Assembly: GCA_049977045.1 (NCBI GenBank)
Contig: JBMFHB010000002.1
Coordinates: forward strand, 47,355 to 111,354
Direction: 5' to 3'
DNA length: 64,000 bases
Source: Terracidiphilus sp.
GTDB lineage: Bacteria; Acidobacteriota; Terriglobia; Terriglobales; Acidobacteriaceae
Shown: positions 28,860 through 39,115 of the stretch, piece by piece
How positions within the stretch are numbered: the first letter of the stretch is position 1
How the letters are laid out: every line of letters starts with the position of its first letter
Notes under the pieces: model-generated
Told to the model about the DNA's origin: nothing
Databases searched by the model: none
The model's input: the letters and a program-made list of their open reading frames with translations, nothing else
Made by a program: the position numbers and the translations under genes

Positions 28860-30419
28860 CTACTTCCGTCCCAGGTCGTTGCGCCAGGCGTAGCCGTCGC
28901 GTTCCAGCAGGTGATCGGCGCACTCGGGGCCCCAGGAACCGGCGAAGTAGTTCGGGAAGACTTCAGGCTTTTTGGCCGCCCAGGCTTCGAGGATGGGTGT
29001 GTAGAGAGCCCAGTTGGTTTCAACGCCGGCGCGGTGCGAGAAGAGGGTCTGGTCGCCCAGCATGGCGTCAAGCAGCAGGCGCTCGTAACCGTTGGCGCTC
29101 GATTTACCAAAGGCGGACTCGTAGTCGAAGTCCATATTGACCGGGCAGACAGCCATCTGCGAGCTGGTGGGCACCTTGGCGCCAAAACGCAGGGCGATGC
29201 CCTCATCGGGCTGGATGCGGATGGTAAGCAGATTCGGCTGAATTCCGTTGTACGGGAGGGCCGCGCTCATGCGGTTGAAGATCAACAGCGGGGGCTGCTT
29301 GAAGAAGATGGAGATCTCAGTGGCGCGCTTCTTGAGCCGCTTGCCGGCACGCAGAAAAAACGGGACGCCTGCCCAGCGCCAGTTGTCGATGGCCAGGCGC
29401 AGCGCGGCAAAGGTCTCCGTGCTTGACTCGGGATCGACGCGTTCCTCATCGCGGTAGCCGATCACGTGCTGCCCAGCGACAATGCCGGGACCGTATTGGC
29501 CGCGAATCGTGTTGGTGATCGGGATGGGCGGAATGGCCTGCCATACCTTGAGTTTTTCGCGGCGCACGCTCTTGGCCTCAAAGCTCGATGGCGGCTCGAG
29601 GGCAACAAAGGCAAGCAGCTCCATCATGTGGTTCTGGACCACATCGCGCAGGGCGCCTGCCTTCTCGTAGAACGGGCCGCGGCCCTCTACGCCGATGGTC
29701 TCGGCCGCGGTGATCTGCACGTGATCGATAAAGTTGCGGTTCCAGACAGGCTCGAAGATGCCGTTGGCGAAGCGAAAAACCAGCAGGTTCTGAACGGTCT
29801 CTTTACCGAGGTAGTGGTCGATGCGGAAGACCTGGGTTTCGCTGAAGACGGCGTTGACCTGCTGGTTGAGCTTGCACGCCGAATCAAGATCGTGGCCGAA
29901 TGGCTTCTCAATGATGACGGCCGCGCGGCCTTTCTCGGGCTGCGCCAAACCCTGCGCGCCCAGATTTTCCACGATGCCGGCAAAAAACTCTGGCGCGGTG
30001 GCGAGGTAGTAGAGGCGGTCGGGGCCAATCTGCTTTTCCTCGGCGAGGCGGTCGAGTTCGCTCTTCAGGTCGGCGTAGTGCGCGGGGTCGTCAAAGTGGA
30101 GCGGAAAATAGCTCACGTGGCTGATGAAGCCGTCGAGTTTAGGATCGGAGGTGTCGATGCCGCCAAACTCGACAATACCGGCGCGCATGTCGGCGGCAAA
30201 CTCGTCGCCGAGCGGACGGCGCGCTACGCCAACGATGGCGAACTGCTGCGGCAGGAGGTTCGCCTGGTAGAGATGAAAAAGAGCGGGAAGCAGTTTGCGC
30301 TTGGTAAGGTCGCCAGAGGCGCCAAAGATGACGAGGATGGCCGGGGCGGGGATGCGCTCGGCGCCCTTCGGCATTTGCGAAAGATCTTCAGGGCGCACAC
30401 TCATTTGGATGGTAGCCAT
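28860..30419 (-). CDS. zwf: glucose-6-phosphate 1-dehydrogenase
   Basis: GASGDLTKRKL and RIDHYLGKE motifs; start set to ATG 30419 (GGAG upstream). Confidence 0.95.
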   Translation of the reverse strand: MATIQMSVRPEDLSQMPKGAERIPAPAILVIFGASGDLTKRKLLPALFHLYQANLLPQQFAIVGVARRPLGDEFAADMRAGIVEFGGIDTSDPKLDGFISHVSYFPLHFDDPAHYADLKSELDRLAEEKQIGPDRLYYLATAPEFFAGIVENLGAQGLAQPEKGRAAVIIEKPFGHDLDSACKLNQQVNAVFSETQVFRIDHYLGKETVQNLLVFRFANGIFEPVWNRNFIDHVQITAAETIGVEGRGPFYEKAGALRDVVQNHMMELLAFVALEPPSSFEAKSVRREKLKVWQAIPPIPITNTIRGQYGPGIVAGQHVIGYRDEERVDPESSTETFAALRLAIDNWRWAGVPFFLRAGKRLKKRATEISIFFKQPPLLIFNRMSAALPYNGIQPNLLTIRIQPDEGIALRFGAKVPTSSQMAVCPVNMDFDYESAFGKSSANGYERLLLDAMLGDQTLFSHRAGVETNWALYTPILEAWAAKKPEVFPNYFAGSWGPECADHLLERDGYAWRNDLGRK

Positions 30420-30438
30420 GGGGAAAGTCTCCAAAACA

Positions 30439-30542
30439 CAGCTTTCTGCCGTCAGCTCTCAGCTTTCAGCTTTTCGTCGCCGCGCCGCCGCGGCGCGTAC
30501 TGGCGTAATGCACTGAAGGCTGAGAACTGACCGTTAAAGCTG
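30439..30542. repeat. imperfect 32-nt inverted repeat in the sodA-zwf spacer; each arm holds three heptad-spaced TGA on its own strand
   Basis: Arm 1 is 30439-30470 and arm 2 is 30511-30542; about three quarters of positions are complementary. Minus-strand TGA read from TCA at 30452, 30459, 30466; plus-strand TGA at 30514, 30521, 30528. Confidence 0.65.
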
Positions 30543-30557
30543 CCTGCTTGTCTTGAG

Positions 30558-31184
30558 TTACCGCGACTTCGCTTTGGCGAAGCGATTGTTGACCTCGGCC
30601 CAGTTGACGACGTTCCACCAGGCGGCGAGGTATTCGGGGCGGCGGTTCTGATACTTGAGGTAGTAGGCATGCTCCCACACGTCATTGCCCAGGATGGGAT
30701 AAAGCCCCTGCGAGAGCGGCGAGTCCTGGTTGGCGGTGGTCATGATCTTGAGCTTGCCGCCGGTGAAGACCAGCCAGCCCCAGCCTGAGCCAAACTGCTT
30801 GGCTGTAGCCTCGTTGAATGCCTTCTTGAAGGCATCAAAATCGCTGAAGTCGGCAGAGATCTGCTTGGCGATCTCGCCCGAGGGGTGGCCGCCAATGCCG
30901 GGGGAGTTGGCCGGACCCATGATGTTCCAGAACATGGTGTGGTTGGAGTGGCCGCCACCGTTGTTGCGGACGGTAGCGCGAATGTCTTCGGGGACCGCAT
31001 TCAGGTCGCTGATGAGGTCGTCAACGGTCTTGGCTGCAAGCGCCGGAAGGTTGGCCAGGGCCGCATTCACGTTGTTGATGTAGGCTTGGTGGTGCTTGTC
31101 ATGATGCAGGTGCATGGTTTCGGTGTCGATGAACGGCTCCAGCGCGTTGTAGTCGTAAGGAAGCGGGGCGAGTTCGTATGCCAT
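30558..31184 (-). CDS. sodA: superoxide dismutase, Mn-type
   Basis: [13 protein letters not shown] and [18 protein letters not shown] match the Mn-SOD signature; start set to ATG 31184 ([10 protein letters not shown]). Confidence 0.9.
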   Translation of the reverse strand: MAYELAPLPYDYNALEPFIDTETMHLHHDKHHQAYINNVNAALANLPALAAKTVDDLISDLNAVPEDIRATVRNNGGGHSNHTMFWNIMGPANSPGIGGHPSGEIAKQISADFSDFDAFKKAFNEATAKQFGSGWGWLVFTGGKLKIMTTANQDSPLSQGLYPILGNDVWEHAYYLKYQNRRPEYLAAWWNVVNWAEVNNRFAKAKSR

Positions 31185-31346
31185 CGGGGAATTTCTCCTT
31201 GGTTGGGATTGTACTGGGTCAAGCCTGATCTCAGGCCACAATTCGGCTCCGTGTCTATAAGGATGGATGCGGAATCCGGCATTGAGGGTGCGAAGAAAGT
31301 TCACAGATTGAGATAAATAGGGCGTCAGGAGGGGTTTGCGGGACGA

Positions 31347-32192
31347 TCAGAACCAGTCGGCCCCATCGGTCTGGGCCGAAACGGGAAACCTGACCGGGGA
31401 TTCCAGGTTGAGACGCGCCGGCGAACCAAGGGGCGGGCGCGCTTCGAAGGCTTCGAAAGCGCCTGCGGCGGTGGCTTCCACCGCAAGAGCGATGCGATGC
31501 CCTGCGTGATCGAACTGGCGGAATCGCCAGCGGGCGGGATTGTCGTCGACCTCCGGGGCGGCTGCAAAGCGGAGCGCCTTCGGGCCATCGAAGAGAAACG
31601 AAATCTCACGCAAAGAGAGCGAAAGACCCATGCCGCGCGCCTTGATGTAGGCTTCCTTGAGAGTCCAGAGCGAGAGCGCACGATCGGGGCGTGCGGCGGC
31701 GGACAGGACGTCTAACTGCGCGCGCTCTGCCTCGGAGAAGACGCGGGCAGCCAGAGGCGGGATCTCTCCGGCGCGGGCGAAGGACTCAACATCGACGCCG
31801 ACCTCCACGGCGTTCGCGCCGTTCTTCACGCCGGGGCGGGCATCGCATTTTGAAACCAGGCAAACCGCCAGCTCCACGCTGTTCGACTGATTGAAGCGCA
31901 GGCCGCACTCTGGAACCGGCGACGGCTTGCCATACTTGTTGACCGAAAAACGCCAGGATTGCGGAGGCAATGGATGCGCGTGCGAGAGAGCAACTCGCGC
32001 CAGCGCGTGCGTGGCCAGGAATTCGCGCCGGTGGCGATCGAAGCGGAAGCGGCCGGCGCGGGCGCGCTCGGCATCGTCGAGAATCGCGGTGCACGCCTCT
32101 TCGACCGCCGGATCGGCAAGATCACCCGGGAACGCGAACCAAAGATCGAGCGAGGAGCTGTTCATCGCGCTGTTGTCGGCTAAGCAGTTCAC
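31347..32192 (-). CDS. 4'-phosphopantetheinyl transferase (Sfp-type)
   Basis: VGVDVE and WTLKEAYIKARG motifs. Confidence 0.8.
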   Translation of the reverse strand: MNCLADNSAMNSSSLDLWFAFPGDLADPAVEEACTAILDDAERARAGRFRFDRHRREFLATHALARVALSHAHPLPPQSWRFSVNKYGKPSPVPECGLRFNQSNSVELAVCLVSKCDARPGVKNGANAVEVGVDVESFARAGEIPPLAARVFSEAERAQLDVLSAAARPDRALSLWTLKEAYIKARGMGLSLSLREISFLFDGPKALRFAAAPEVDDNPARWRFRQFDHAGHRIALAVEATAAGAFEAFEARPPLGSPARLNLESPVRFPVSAQTDGADWF

Positions 32193-32294
32193 ATGATTCC
32201 ATGAGCGGCGTGCGCAGGCAAAAAGCCGGGGCTCCTGTCCAAATGCGATTGCCCTGTCCTGTTCCCTGTTCCCTGTTGACGATTCCCTGCCTCT

Positions 32295-34022
32295 TTATTC
32301 CGGCGGCGGATAAAACGGCAGCTTCCCGTTCGTCGCGTTGGCGCGGCGCACCGTGGCGTCGTCGAACAGCAGCGCCGGCGCGATCACGGTTGTTGGCACG
32401 TCGCCATAGTAATTGGCCACGAACAAGTCTTTTCCCGCAGCTTCAATGCTGGAGCGCAGGGCGCGCTCGTCGATATCGTCGAGGATGGCGCCGCGCACCA
32501 GTTCGCGCTTGCCGTCCTGGCTCAGACGGTAGAGCATGCGCGGCGTGCGCGGACCGCCCATGGTCTCTACACAATACACGCTCTTGAGTCCGCTCTCCTT
32601 GGCCATTCGAAGCAGCTTCTGGTTAAGCTCGCTCTCGCTCAGGCCGTTTTGCGCGTCGATCATGAGAACGCCGATGGAGGGATGCGCGGGACCGTAGACG
32701 CCTGCGCGGCCGTGGCCGTTCGATTGCGGAAAATCGCGTACCGGCTGTCGGCCGATGAGATAGTTGACCAGCCGCCCGGCATCGACCAACTTCACCGCCT
32801 GCGCGGGCACGCCTTCGTCATCCACGTCGTAGGCGCCAATGAGTCCCTTGCCTTCGTAGGTCTTCTGGCCTGGATCGTCAACCACATTCATGAAATCGGG
32901 CAGCACGCGGGTATGAAGGCTGGAGGCAAAAGGCCCGTTGGTGCGCGTCTCCGTGCCGAGCGGTGGACGCGTGGCGATGACGGCCGTGGAGAGCAGCGAG
33001 CGCAGAACGTCGGTCGCGGCGTCGGAGGTCATCAGCAGCGGTCCGTGATACTCGTCTTCGACGAGCGGCGCCTTCCGCAACGCAGAGAGCGAAGCGATCT
33101 CATCGACGGCGTGCTTGTTAAAGACGGGCTCCGTTTCGAGGCCGGCGGCTGAGGTTCCCGTGGAAGCATACGAGCGGTCGATACTCATGCCGTCCGGGGC
33201 CTGCGTGCCCGCGGAAAATGCCTCCTGATATTCAGCCGAGGATTTACGCACGAGGGTTCCTTCGCTGTTGACCAGCCACGTGGTGATAGCGCGGGCGCGG
33301 AAGGCGCCCTGCGAATATTGGATATCGCGCTGGGTTGCGCTGACCGCCGGGTCCGAGCGGTAAAGGCCGCTCAACCGCGCCACACGGGCCGTCCACGCGC
33401 TCTCATCGAATGCGAGCGCGGCGGGGCTGGCGAGCGAGACGACAGGCTTCTCGTGGCTGAAGTCGTCGGCCTGCGGCGGCGTCTGGACCTCTTTGAGCGC
33501 AGCCTGCTTTCGCGCGTAGGCGTCGAGCGCGCTCTTGTAGGCGCGGTCTGTTGCCTGCCACAGCGCGGAGCGGATGGCAATGGGGTCATCGTCAAGGGCG
33601 GCGAGATCGATTGAGCCCTCGCCGCGTCCACCGGAACTGTCAGTCTTGTAGCTGCCCACGCGCACCGTCACGCTCGCCACGCGCTGCCGCATGCGTTCGG
33701 CTCCTTCGCTTGCGCCGAACTCCGCCCTGGTATCGAAGGTATCCACTTCCTCGATGCGGTACTGGATGAAGAACGGTCTGGCAAAACCGGGGAGCTGAAG
33801 CTGGCTCATGCTGCGATCGAGCTCGGTGAGCATGGCATTGAACACAGGGTCTTTCTCGGCGTCGCCGCGGGTGGGTTGCGCTTGAACCGCGTGCGTCATG
33901 AAAGCAGCGCAGAGCAGGGGCAGAGCTTGCCGTCCCGCCCTCTCGCAAAGAACGCGAAAGGATTGGGCACGGGAAACCTGGCCCCTGTTGGAGAAGGTGA
34001 AGAGGGAACGAAGCCTGTTCAT
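32295..34022 (-). CDS. TldE/PmbA-like (non-catalytic) partner of the TldD metallopeptidase; signal-peptide-bearing
   Basis: TldD/PmbA family C-terminal region. The position equivalent to the TldD HExxxH reads DVLRSLLSTAV. 4-nt overlap with the upstream gene. Confidence 0.8.
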   Translation of the reverse strand: MNRLRSLFTFSNRGQVSRAQSFRVLCERAGRQALPLLCAAFMTHAVQAQPTRGDAEKDPVFNAMLTELDRSMSQLQLPGFARPFFIQYRIEEVDTFDTRAEFGASEGAERMRQRVASVTVRVGSYKTDSSGGRGEGSIDLAALDDDPIAIRSALWQATDRAYKSALDAYARKQAALKEVQTPPQADDFSHEKPVVSLASPAALAFDESAWTARVARLSGLYRSDPAVSATQRDIQYSQGAFRARAITTWLVNSEGTLVRKSSAEYQEAFSAGTQAPDGMSIDRSYASTGTSAAGLETEPVFNKHAVDEIASLSALRKAPLVEDEYHGPLLMTSDAATDVLRSLLSTAVIATRPPLGTETRTNGPFASSLHTRVLPDFMNVVDDPGQKTYEGKGLIGAYDVDDEGVPAQAVKLVDAGRLVNYLIGRQPVRDFPQSNGHGRAGVYGPAHPSIGVLMIDAQNGLSESELNQKLLRMAKESGLKSVYCVETMGGPRTPRMLYRLSQDGKRELVRGAILDDIDERALRSSIEAAGKDLFVANYYGDVPTTVIAPALLFDDATVRRANATNGKLPFYPPPE

Positions 34023-35881
34023 TTGGCATCCTTCATTGCATCGGCTCCAGGGATCGCCAGGATCGGCGGTCTTGCGGTGCCTTGCGCTTCGCGCTGCGTC
34101 TCGATCTCGCTTAACAGCATGGCGGGAGCCACCGCGCTGACGGGAATCGATCCTGACTCGGCGCCGCAGATGCCGTCGAATACCTCGCTCCTGTTGCCGG
34201 TGACGAGAATTTTCTTCATGGCCGCCAGCGGCGTGCCCACAATGCTCACGCCGCGCACCAGTTCATCGGGCCGGCCGTCGGTATACACACGCCACACGAC
34301 CAGCGGAATCACCTGAAACGCCTGCGGCGACCTGCGCAGCGTCACAGCGAAGCCCGAAGAGATGTCCTCAAAGTAGAGTCCGTAAGGTTTGCCCTGACGC
34401 TTCGCTTCCGCGATCAGATCTTTACGCAGTTCGGCGTCGGAGACGGTCTTGGTCGAAGTCACGATCAGGTTGCCCTGCCGGCCGGTGGGCATAAAGCCGT
34501 TTTGCGCGCGGCCGTGACCGTTTGAGTCCCTGAAACTGGCAATCGGCAGGCGCGACATGAGGAAGTTCTTGAGTACCCCGTCCTGGATCAGCTCGACACG
34601 TTCGGCTTTCTCGCCCTCGCTATCGTACTCGTAGTGACCGGCGAGCGAGATTCCATCGAAGCGCGCAAGCGTGGGGTCGTCGGCAACCGAGAGAAACGGC
34701 GGCAGAATCTCCTTGCCCAGATCCTTGGTAAAGGTCTCGCCCTCCTGATCGCCGCGCTGGCGCTGGCCCTCGAGCCGGTGGCCCAGCACTTCGTGAAAAA
34801 AAACGGCGGCGGCGCGTCCGGAGAGAATAGCCGGCCCATCGAACGGCGCGGCCACGGGCGCCTTGCGCAGAGCTTCGAGCCGCGCGCCCATTTCGCGCAC
34901 TGCTCTTTCAAGATCGGCCTGTGCGGGCAATCCCGCGGGTGTATCGGCTTCAAACGTGCGCGCGAGGAACAGGTCCATGCCATCGTCGGCTCGTGTGGTG
35001 GCGACGATGAACAATTCCGCGGTCAATGAGGGCGTAACGATCTTTGCGCCCTCCGAAGAAACAAAATAGCGAGTCGAGGTTTGCGCCGAGAATCCCACCT
35101 CGTTCTCATAAACATTCGGGTACTGGCGGAAGATGCGCGAAAGCGCCCGGACGCGATTCTCCCACTCCGTCTTGCGTACCATCAGGGGCGGCGCGGGCTT
35201 TCCCAGATGCACCATGGGCGTCTCTTCGCTGAAATCGGGCGAGGTGTCTTCCTCTTTGGCGCGCACCTGGGCCTCGGTCTCCACGCGCAGGTAGTTATCG
35301 AGGGCATTGCCGTAGCCCCTGTTGGTGGCAAACCAGAGAGCGCGCTCAATGGCCTCGCGCTCGTCTCCGAGCGGAAGGGCCATGCTTTCGATCGCCGAGT
35401 TGCGGTGGTCACCGTGCGTGTTGTCGAGCTTGGGGGCGCCCACGCGCACTTGCACATCGACAGAACGCTGATGCGAAGCGGTGTTCGTAGTCAGCGCGCC
35501 GTACTGCGCGGCGATGGTGACCATGTCGGTATCGTGCGCCGAGTAACTGATGAAGTAGGGCGGCGGCTGTTTCGCGTCCGGCGCGGATGGAGGGTTTGCC
35601 TTCCCGCCCTGGGTGTTCACTGTTGCGGGCGGGGCAACCGAGCCCGGCCTGCCGAGCAAGGTTAATGCACGGTGCAGCTCGGCGCTCATGGCATCCAGAA
35701 GAGCTGGCGCGTTGGCCGGCGATTGCGACCCAGCCCGCTTTTGCGCGAGAGCCGCGATCGGCAAGCCAGCGAGCGCAACCGCCGCAAGCGCAGTCGCAAT
35801 GCGGGAGATCGAGACGGTCCGAAGCTTGGCGGCGGCCAAAGTTCGGTGTTGCGTAACGTCAAGTGTTTCAGGTAGAAGCAT
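34019..35881 (-). CDS. TldD-like zinc metallopeptidase; signal-peptide-bearing
   Basis: FFHEVLGHRLEG (HExxxH). Hydrophobic N-terminus IATALAAVALAGLPIAALAQ. Start set to ATG 35881. Confidence 0.8.
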   Translation of the reverse strand: MLLPETLDVTQHRTLAAAKLRTVSISRIATALAAVALAGLPIAALAQKRAGSQSPANAPALLDAMSAELHRALTLLGRPGSVAPPATVNTQGGKANPPSAPDAKQPPPYFISYSAHDTDMVTIAAQYGALTTNTASHQRSVDVQVRVGAPKLDNTHGDHRNSAIESMALPLGDEREAIERALWFATNRGYGNALDNYLRVETEAQVRAKEEDTSPDFSEETPMVHLGKPAPPLMVRKTEWENRVRALSRIFRQYPNVYENEVGFSAQTSTRYFVSSEGAKIVTPSLTAELFIVATTRADDGMDLFLARTFEADTPAGLPAQADLERAVREMGARLEALRKAPVAAPFDGPAILSGRAAAVFFHEVLGHRLEGQRQRGDQEGETFTKDLGKEILPPFLSVADDPTLARFDGISLAGHYEYDSEGEKAERVELIQDGVLKNFLMSRLPIASFRDSNGHGRAQNGFMPTGRQGNLIVTSTKTVSDAELRKDLIAEAKRQGKPYGLYFEDISSGFAVTLRRSPQAFQVIPLVVWRVYTDGRPDELVRGVSIVGTPLAAMKKILVTGNRSEVFDGICGAESGSIPVSAVAPAMLLSEIETQREAQGTARPPILAIPGADAMKDAK

Positions 35882-35928
35882 GTGTATGCTCGATTGTCTC
35901 AAACCAGCCTGACCCAAAGAGGGTTTCC

Positions 35929-37269
35929 ATGAAGATTGGACGCAAAAGTCTGCTGGCAATGTTGCCGTTCGCACTTCTGGCCGGATTGGCCTCTCTGCCC
36001 CTGAAGGCGCAAACCGCCGCATCGGCCGCGAATCCGGCGCAAACCACGGCTGCCGCTCCGGCGCAGACGGCTCCGCAACCCGCGTATTCGCTGCCACCTG
36101 ACAAGCTGGCGAAGGCCATCGCGATCAGCCGCATTCGCAACATTCTCAATATTGCCGGATCGCTTTGGAGCATCGTGTTCCTGTGGTTATTGCTTGCCGT
36201 GGGCGCCCTCGCCGGAGTCGATCACTGGACGCAGGGAGTCGCAAAGCGCCGCTGGGTGCAGGGACTGATCTTTTTCGCCGCATTTATCGTAATCACCACG
36301 CTGGCCGGCCTGCCGTTCGATTGGCTCGGCCAGCACTACGAGCGCAGCTACGGCATCAGCGTGCAGGGTTGGGGCAGTTGGCTGGGCGATGAGGGGAAGA
36401 GTCTGGGACTGGCGCTGGTCTTCGGCGTGCCGATCCTGCTGCTCTTCAACTGGGTTGTCAAACGGTGGCCGAGGCGCTACTGGCTCGGCATCTGGGTGCT
36501 CACGCTGCCCATTCTGGTGCTGACCGTCTTCGTCGAGCCGCTCCTGGTTCCGCTCTTCTACAAGCAGGAGCCGCTCCAGAAACACCACGCCGCGCTAGTT
36601 GCCAGAATGGAGACGGTGGTCGCGCGCACCGGGATCAATATCCCGCCCGATCGAATGTATCTCATTCAGGCAAGCGCAAAATCCAAAGGGATTAACGCCT
36701 TCGTGGCCGGAATCGGCGCGACCAAGCGGTACGTCATGTGGGACACGGCGACGGACCAGATGCCGGACGACGAGATTCTGTTCGTCTTCGGCCACGAAAG
36801 CGGGCACTATGTGCTGCACCACATCCCCAAGATCCTTGTCGGCTCGGCCCTCGGAATGTTCTTCATTTACTGGGCCTGCGCCGCGCTTGCCGCGTGGCTG
36901 ATCGCACGATACGGAGATCGATGGGGAGCCGACGGTCTGGCCTCGCGCACGGGCTTCGTGGTGCTGCTATTTGCAATTTCGCTCGCCGGCTTTGTCACCG
37001 AACCTGCCTCCAATGCCTTCAGCCGCTACTTCGAGCACCAGGCCGATGTCTATGGGCAGGAGGCGATCCACGGCATTGTGGCCGATCCACAAAAGACCGC
37101 CGTGGCCGCGTTCAACAAGCTCGGCGAGTCGTGGCTTGAAGATCCGAATCCGAATCCGATCATCGAGTTCTGGCTCTTCAACCACCCCAGCGTCGAACAT
37201 CGCGCCGAGTTCGCCGAGCACTACAATCCCTGGGCGAATGGCGGGCATGGGGAGTTTTTCAAGAACTAA
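35929..37269 (+). CDS. M48 family (Ste24/HtpX-like) membrane zinc metallopeptidase
   Basis: Multi-TM N-terminal half; FVFGHESGHYVLHH HExxH motif; start set to ATG 35929. Confidence 0.85.
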   Translation: MKIGRKSLLAMLPFALLAGLASLPLKAQTAASAANPAQTTAAAPAQTAPQPAYSLPPDKLAKAIAISRIRNILNIAGSLWSIVFLWLLLAVGALAGVDHWTQGVAKRRWVQGLIFFAAFIVITTLAGLPFDWLGQHYERSYGISVQGWGSWLGDEGKSLGLALVFGVPILLLFNWVVKRWPRRYWLGIWVLTLPILVLTVFVEPLLVPLFYKQEPLQKHHAALVARMETVVARTGINIPPDRMYLIQASAKSKGINAFVAGIGATKRYVMWDTATDQMPDDEILFVFGHESGHYVLHHIPKILVGSALGMFFIYWACAALAAWLIARYGDRWGADGLASRTGFVVLLFAISLAGFVTEPASNAFSRYFEHQADVYGQEAIHGIVADPQKTAVAAFNKLGESWLEDPNPNPIIEFWLFNHPSVEHRAEFAEHYNPWANGGHGEFFKN

Positions 37270-37279
37270 CTCTCCGGGC

Positions 37280-37345
37280 GCATGAAGAAGAACCTTCCGT
37301 ACCCTTTCCGCGTTCTTTGCGGAAAGGATGGGATAGCACGAAAGC
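37280..37345 (+). repeat. REP-like hairpin element, copy 1
   Basis: GCATGAAGAAGAACCTTCCG...CCTTTCCGC-GTTCTTT-GCGGAAAGG (stem 37303-37311/37319-37327); homologous to 56942-57010. Confidence 0.6.
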
Positions 37346-37452
37346 CATCATGTAACATTCACCCGCTCCCGGAACCAGCTCTCTGAAAGCATGAGTCTGA
37401 AATGATCCCGGTCCCGCACCGGCTGACGCTGGCTCGCTCACCTGCCGGCCTG

Positions 37453-38040
37453 CTACCGGGCATTCAGGTCGATCAGCCCCTCGGGCAGCGCCATCTCCAT
37501 TCGCCGGCCTTCGAGATCGATCCGGCGCAGGTAGCTCTTTGCAAAGGGAACCAGCACCTCGCCGCGCGCGCCACGCACCACGAGAAGCGGGACGGGACCG
37601 GCCGAACGGTCCACGTCCTCGATCTCGCCTACTCGAATCGGTTCCGGCCCGGCCACGTCGACCAGAATGCAGCCGATGAGGTCGCCGATGTAGGCTTCAC
37701 CTTCGGAGAGCGGCGCCCGATCGGCGCGGGGAATGGCGACGATGAGACCTTGCAACTCTTCGGCATCTGAGATGGAGTCGACGCCGGCGAAATGCAGCAC
37801 GATGCCGCCTTTGTGCAGCCAGTGGTTGGCTAATTCGACAGGGCGAGCTTGAGGAAAAGCAGCCTTGGTCTCCCGGGCGTCCAAATGCGAGGGAGCGGAG
37901 GCGCCCAGAAGGAACAGGTGCTTGCGTTCCGCAAATTTTTCAGGGAAATCTGTGAGAATCTCCGCGAAGACCTCGCCTTTACGGCCTTGCGGACTGCGAA
38001 TGCGCGCCAGCCAGACCCAGTTCTCCGGCGCTGAAGTCAC
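37453..38040 (-). CDS. rimM: 16S rRNA processing protein RimM
   Basis: N-terminal RimM domain (VARIRSPQGRKGEVFAEILTDFPE) plus PRC barrel; synteny with rpsP. Confidence 0.85.
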   Translation of the reverse strand: MTSAPENWVWLARIRSPQGRKGEVFAEILTDFPEKFAERKHLFLLGASAPSHLDARETKAAFPQARPVELANHWLHKGGIVLHFAGVDSISDAEELQGLIVAIPRADRAPLSEGEAYIGDLIGCILVDVAGPEPIRVGEIEDVDRSAGPVPLLVVRGARGEVLVPFAKSYLRRIDLEGRRMEMALPEGLIDLNAR

Positions 38041-38089
38041 ATCTCCCTCCGCCTCCGGAAGATGCGGCAGGTGCGAGGGACAGAGGGCC

Positions 38090-38377
38090 CTACGCTTGCT
38101 CGTCCTCTTCCAGAATATCGAGCGTGTAACGGTGGTGCAGTTTCATGCTGACCGCGCCAAGGATGGTGCGGATCGACCGCGCGGTACGCCCCTGCTTGCC
38201 AATCACCTTGCCCACGTCCTGCGCCGCCACGCGAAGCCGCAGCACCGTGCTCTCATCCCGGTTCACAGATTCCACTGCAACAGCTTCCGATTCATCCACC
38301 AAAGCCCGCGCGATTTCGCGGACCAATTCGTCGACTTGCACCATTTCAGCTTGGGCCATGATCTTGCCTCTGACCAT
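38090..38377 (-). CDS. KH-domain RNA-binding protein (YlqC-like)
   Basis: VGKVIGKQGRTARSIRTIL GxxG KH motif; between rpsP and rimM as usual. The true start may be ATG 38359. Confidence 0.75.
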   Translation of the reverse strand: MVRGKIMAQAEMVQVDELVREIARALVDESEAVAVESVNRDESTVLRLRVAAQDVGKVIGKQGRTARSIRTILGAVSMKLHHRYTLDILEEDEQA

Positions 38378-38503
38378 CTACTACAGTACGAAGATTGAAG
38401 CCTCTTGGACCGTGCGCGAATGGTAACACGTATGCCTAGCTGGCGCAACGAGCCACTGCTGCCCGCGGCCCTTGATGCTGCGGGTAGCCGTCGCGGCGGC
38501 AGA

Positions 38504-38800
38504 TCAGGCTGCCGCGGGGTCCGGAACCACAGGCGTTGACGCAGTGTCAGTAACCACCGGCGCTGACGCCGGGTTCTTTTCGATCAGCTTTGCCATGGTG
38601 GGCGAAAGCTGGGCGCCCTTGCCGCGCCAGTAGGCAATCCGCTCGTGCTGCAGATTGACGGTCGCAGGGTTGGTACGTGGATTGTAGGTGCCCACCACCT
38701 CAATGGAGCGGCCGTTGCGGGCGCGGTCCTTCTCGATGACGACAACACGGTAATAGGGCTGCTTGCGGGCGCCAACGCGCGCCAAACGAATCATGACCAC
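38504..38800 (-). CDS. rpsP: 30S ribosomal protein S16
   Basis: MIRLARVGARKQPYYRVVVIEKDRARNGRSIEVVGTYNP. Confidence 0.95.
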   Translation of the reverse strand: MVMIRLARVGARKQPYYRVVVIEKDRARNGRSIEVVGTYNPRTNPATVNLQHERIAYWRGKGAQLSPTMAKLIEKNPASAPVVTDTASTPVVPDPAAA

Positions 38801-39115
38801 AGTGGCTATCGTTCCTTTCCGGTTTACGAGCTTCTCGTGCGCTTCCGAGGAGAATTTTGCGCCGGATCTGCGCCCACTTACAGACTTGCACGCGAGCGGC
38901 GGCCGATCTCCTGCGCAAGAACGGCCGGGACAAATGCGCCCGGCCGCACAGATCGCAATACCTAAGTATCGCCGAAATCGGGCCTGCGTGGCAAATCCGC
39001 TTTCGCTCGCGCGGAGCCTTATTTTCAGAGATCAGCTTTGCTCGCTTATGATGACAGATTACCCCCTCGCTTTTGCGCGGGAGCGAACCATACTGTACGC
39101 TGTTGGATTTGCACC

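Noticed and set aside
32252-32279. Tandem heptamer CCCTGTT/CCCTGTC between the PPTase and PmbA-like genes as a stop cassette.
   Set aside because: It has no stops on the transcribed (minus) strand and only one TGA on the plus strand. This shows that not every heptamer repeat here carries stops.
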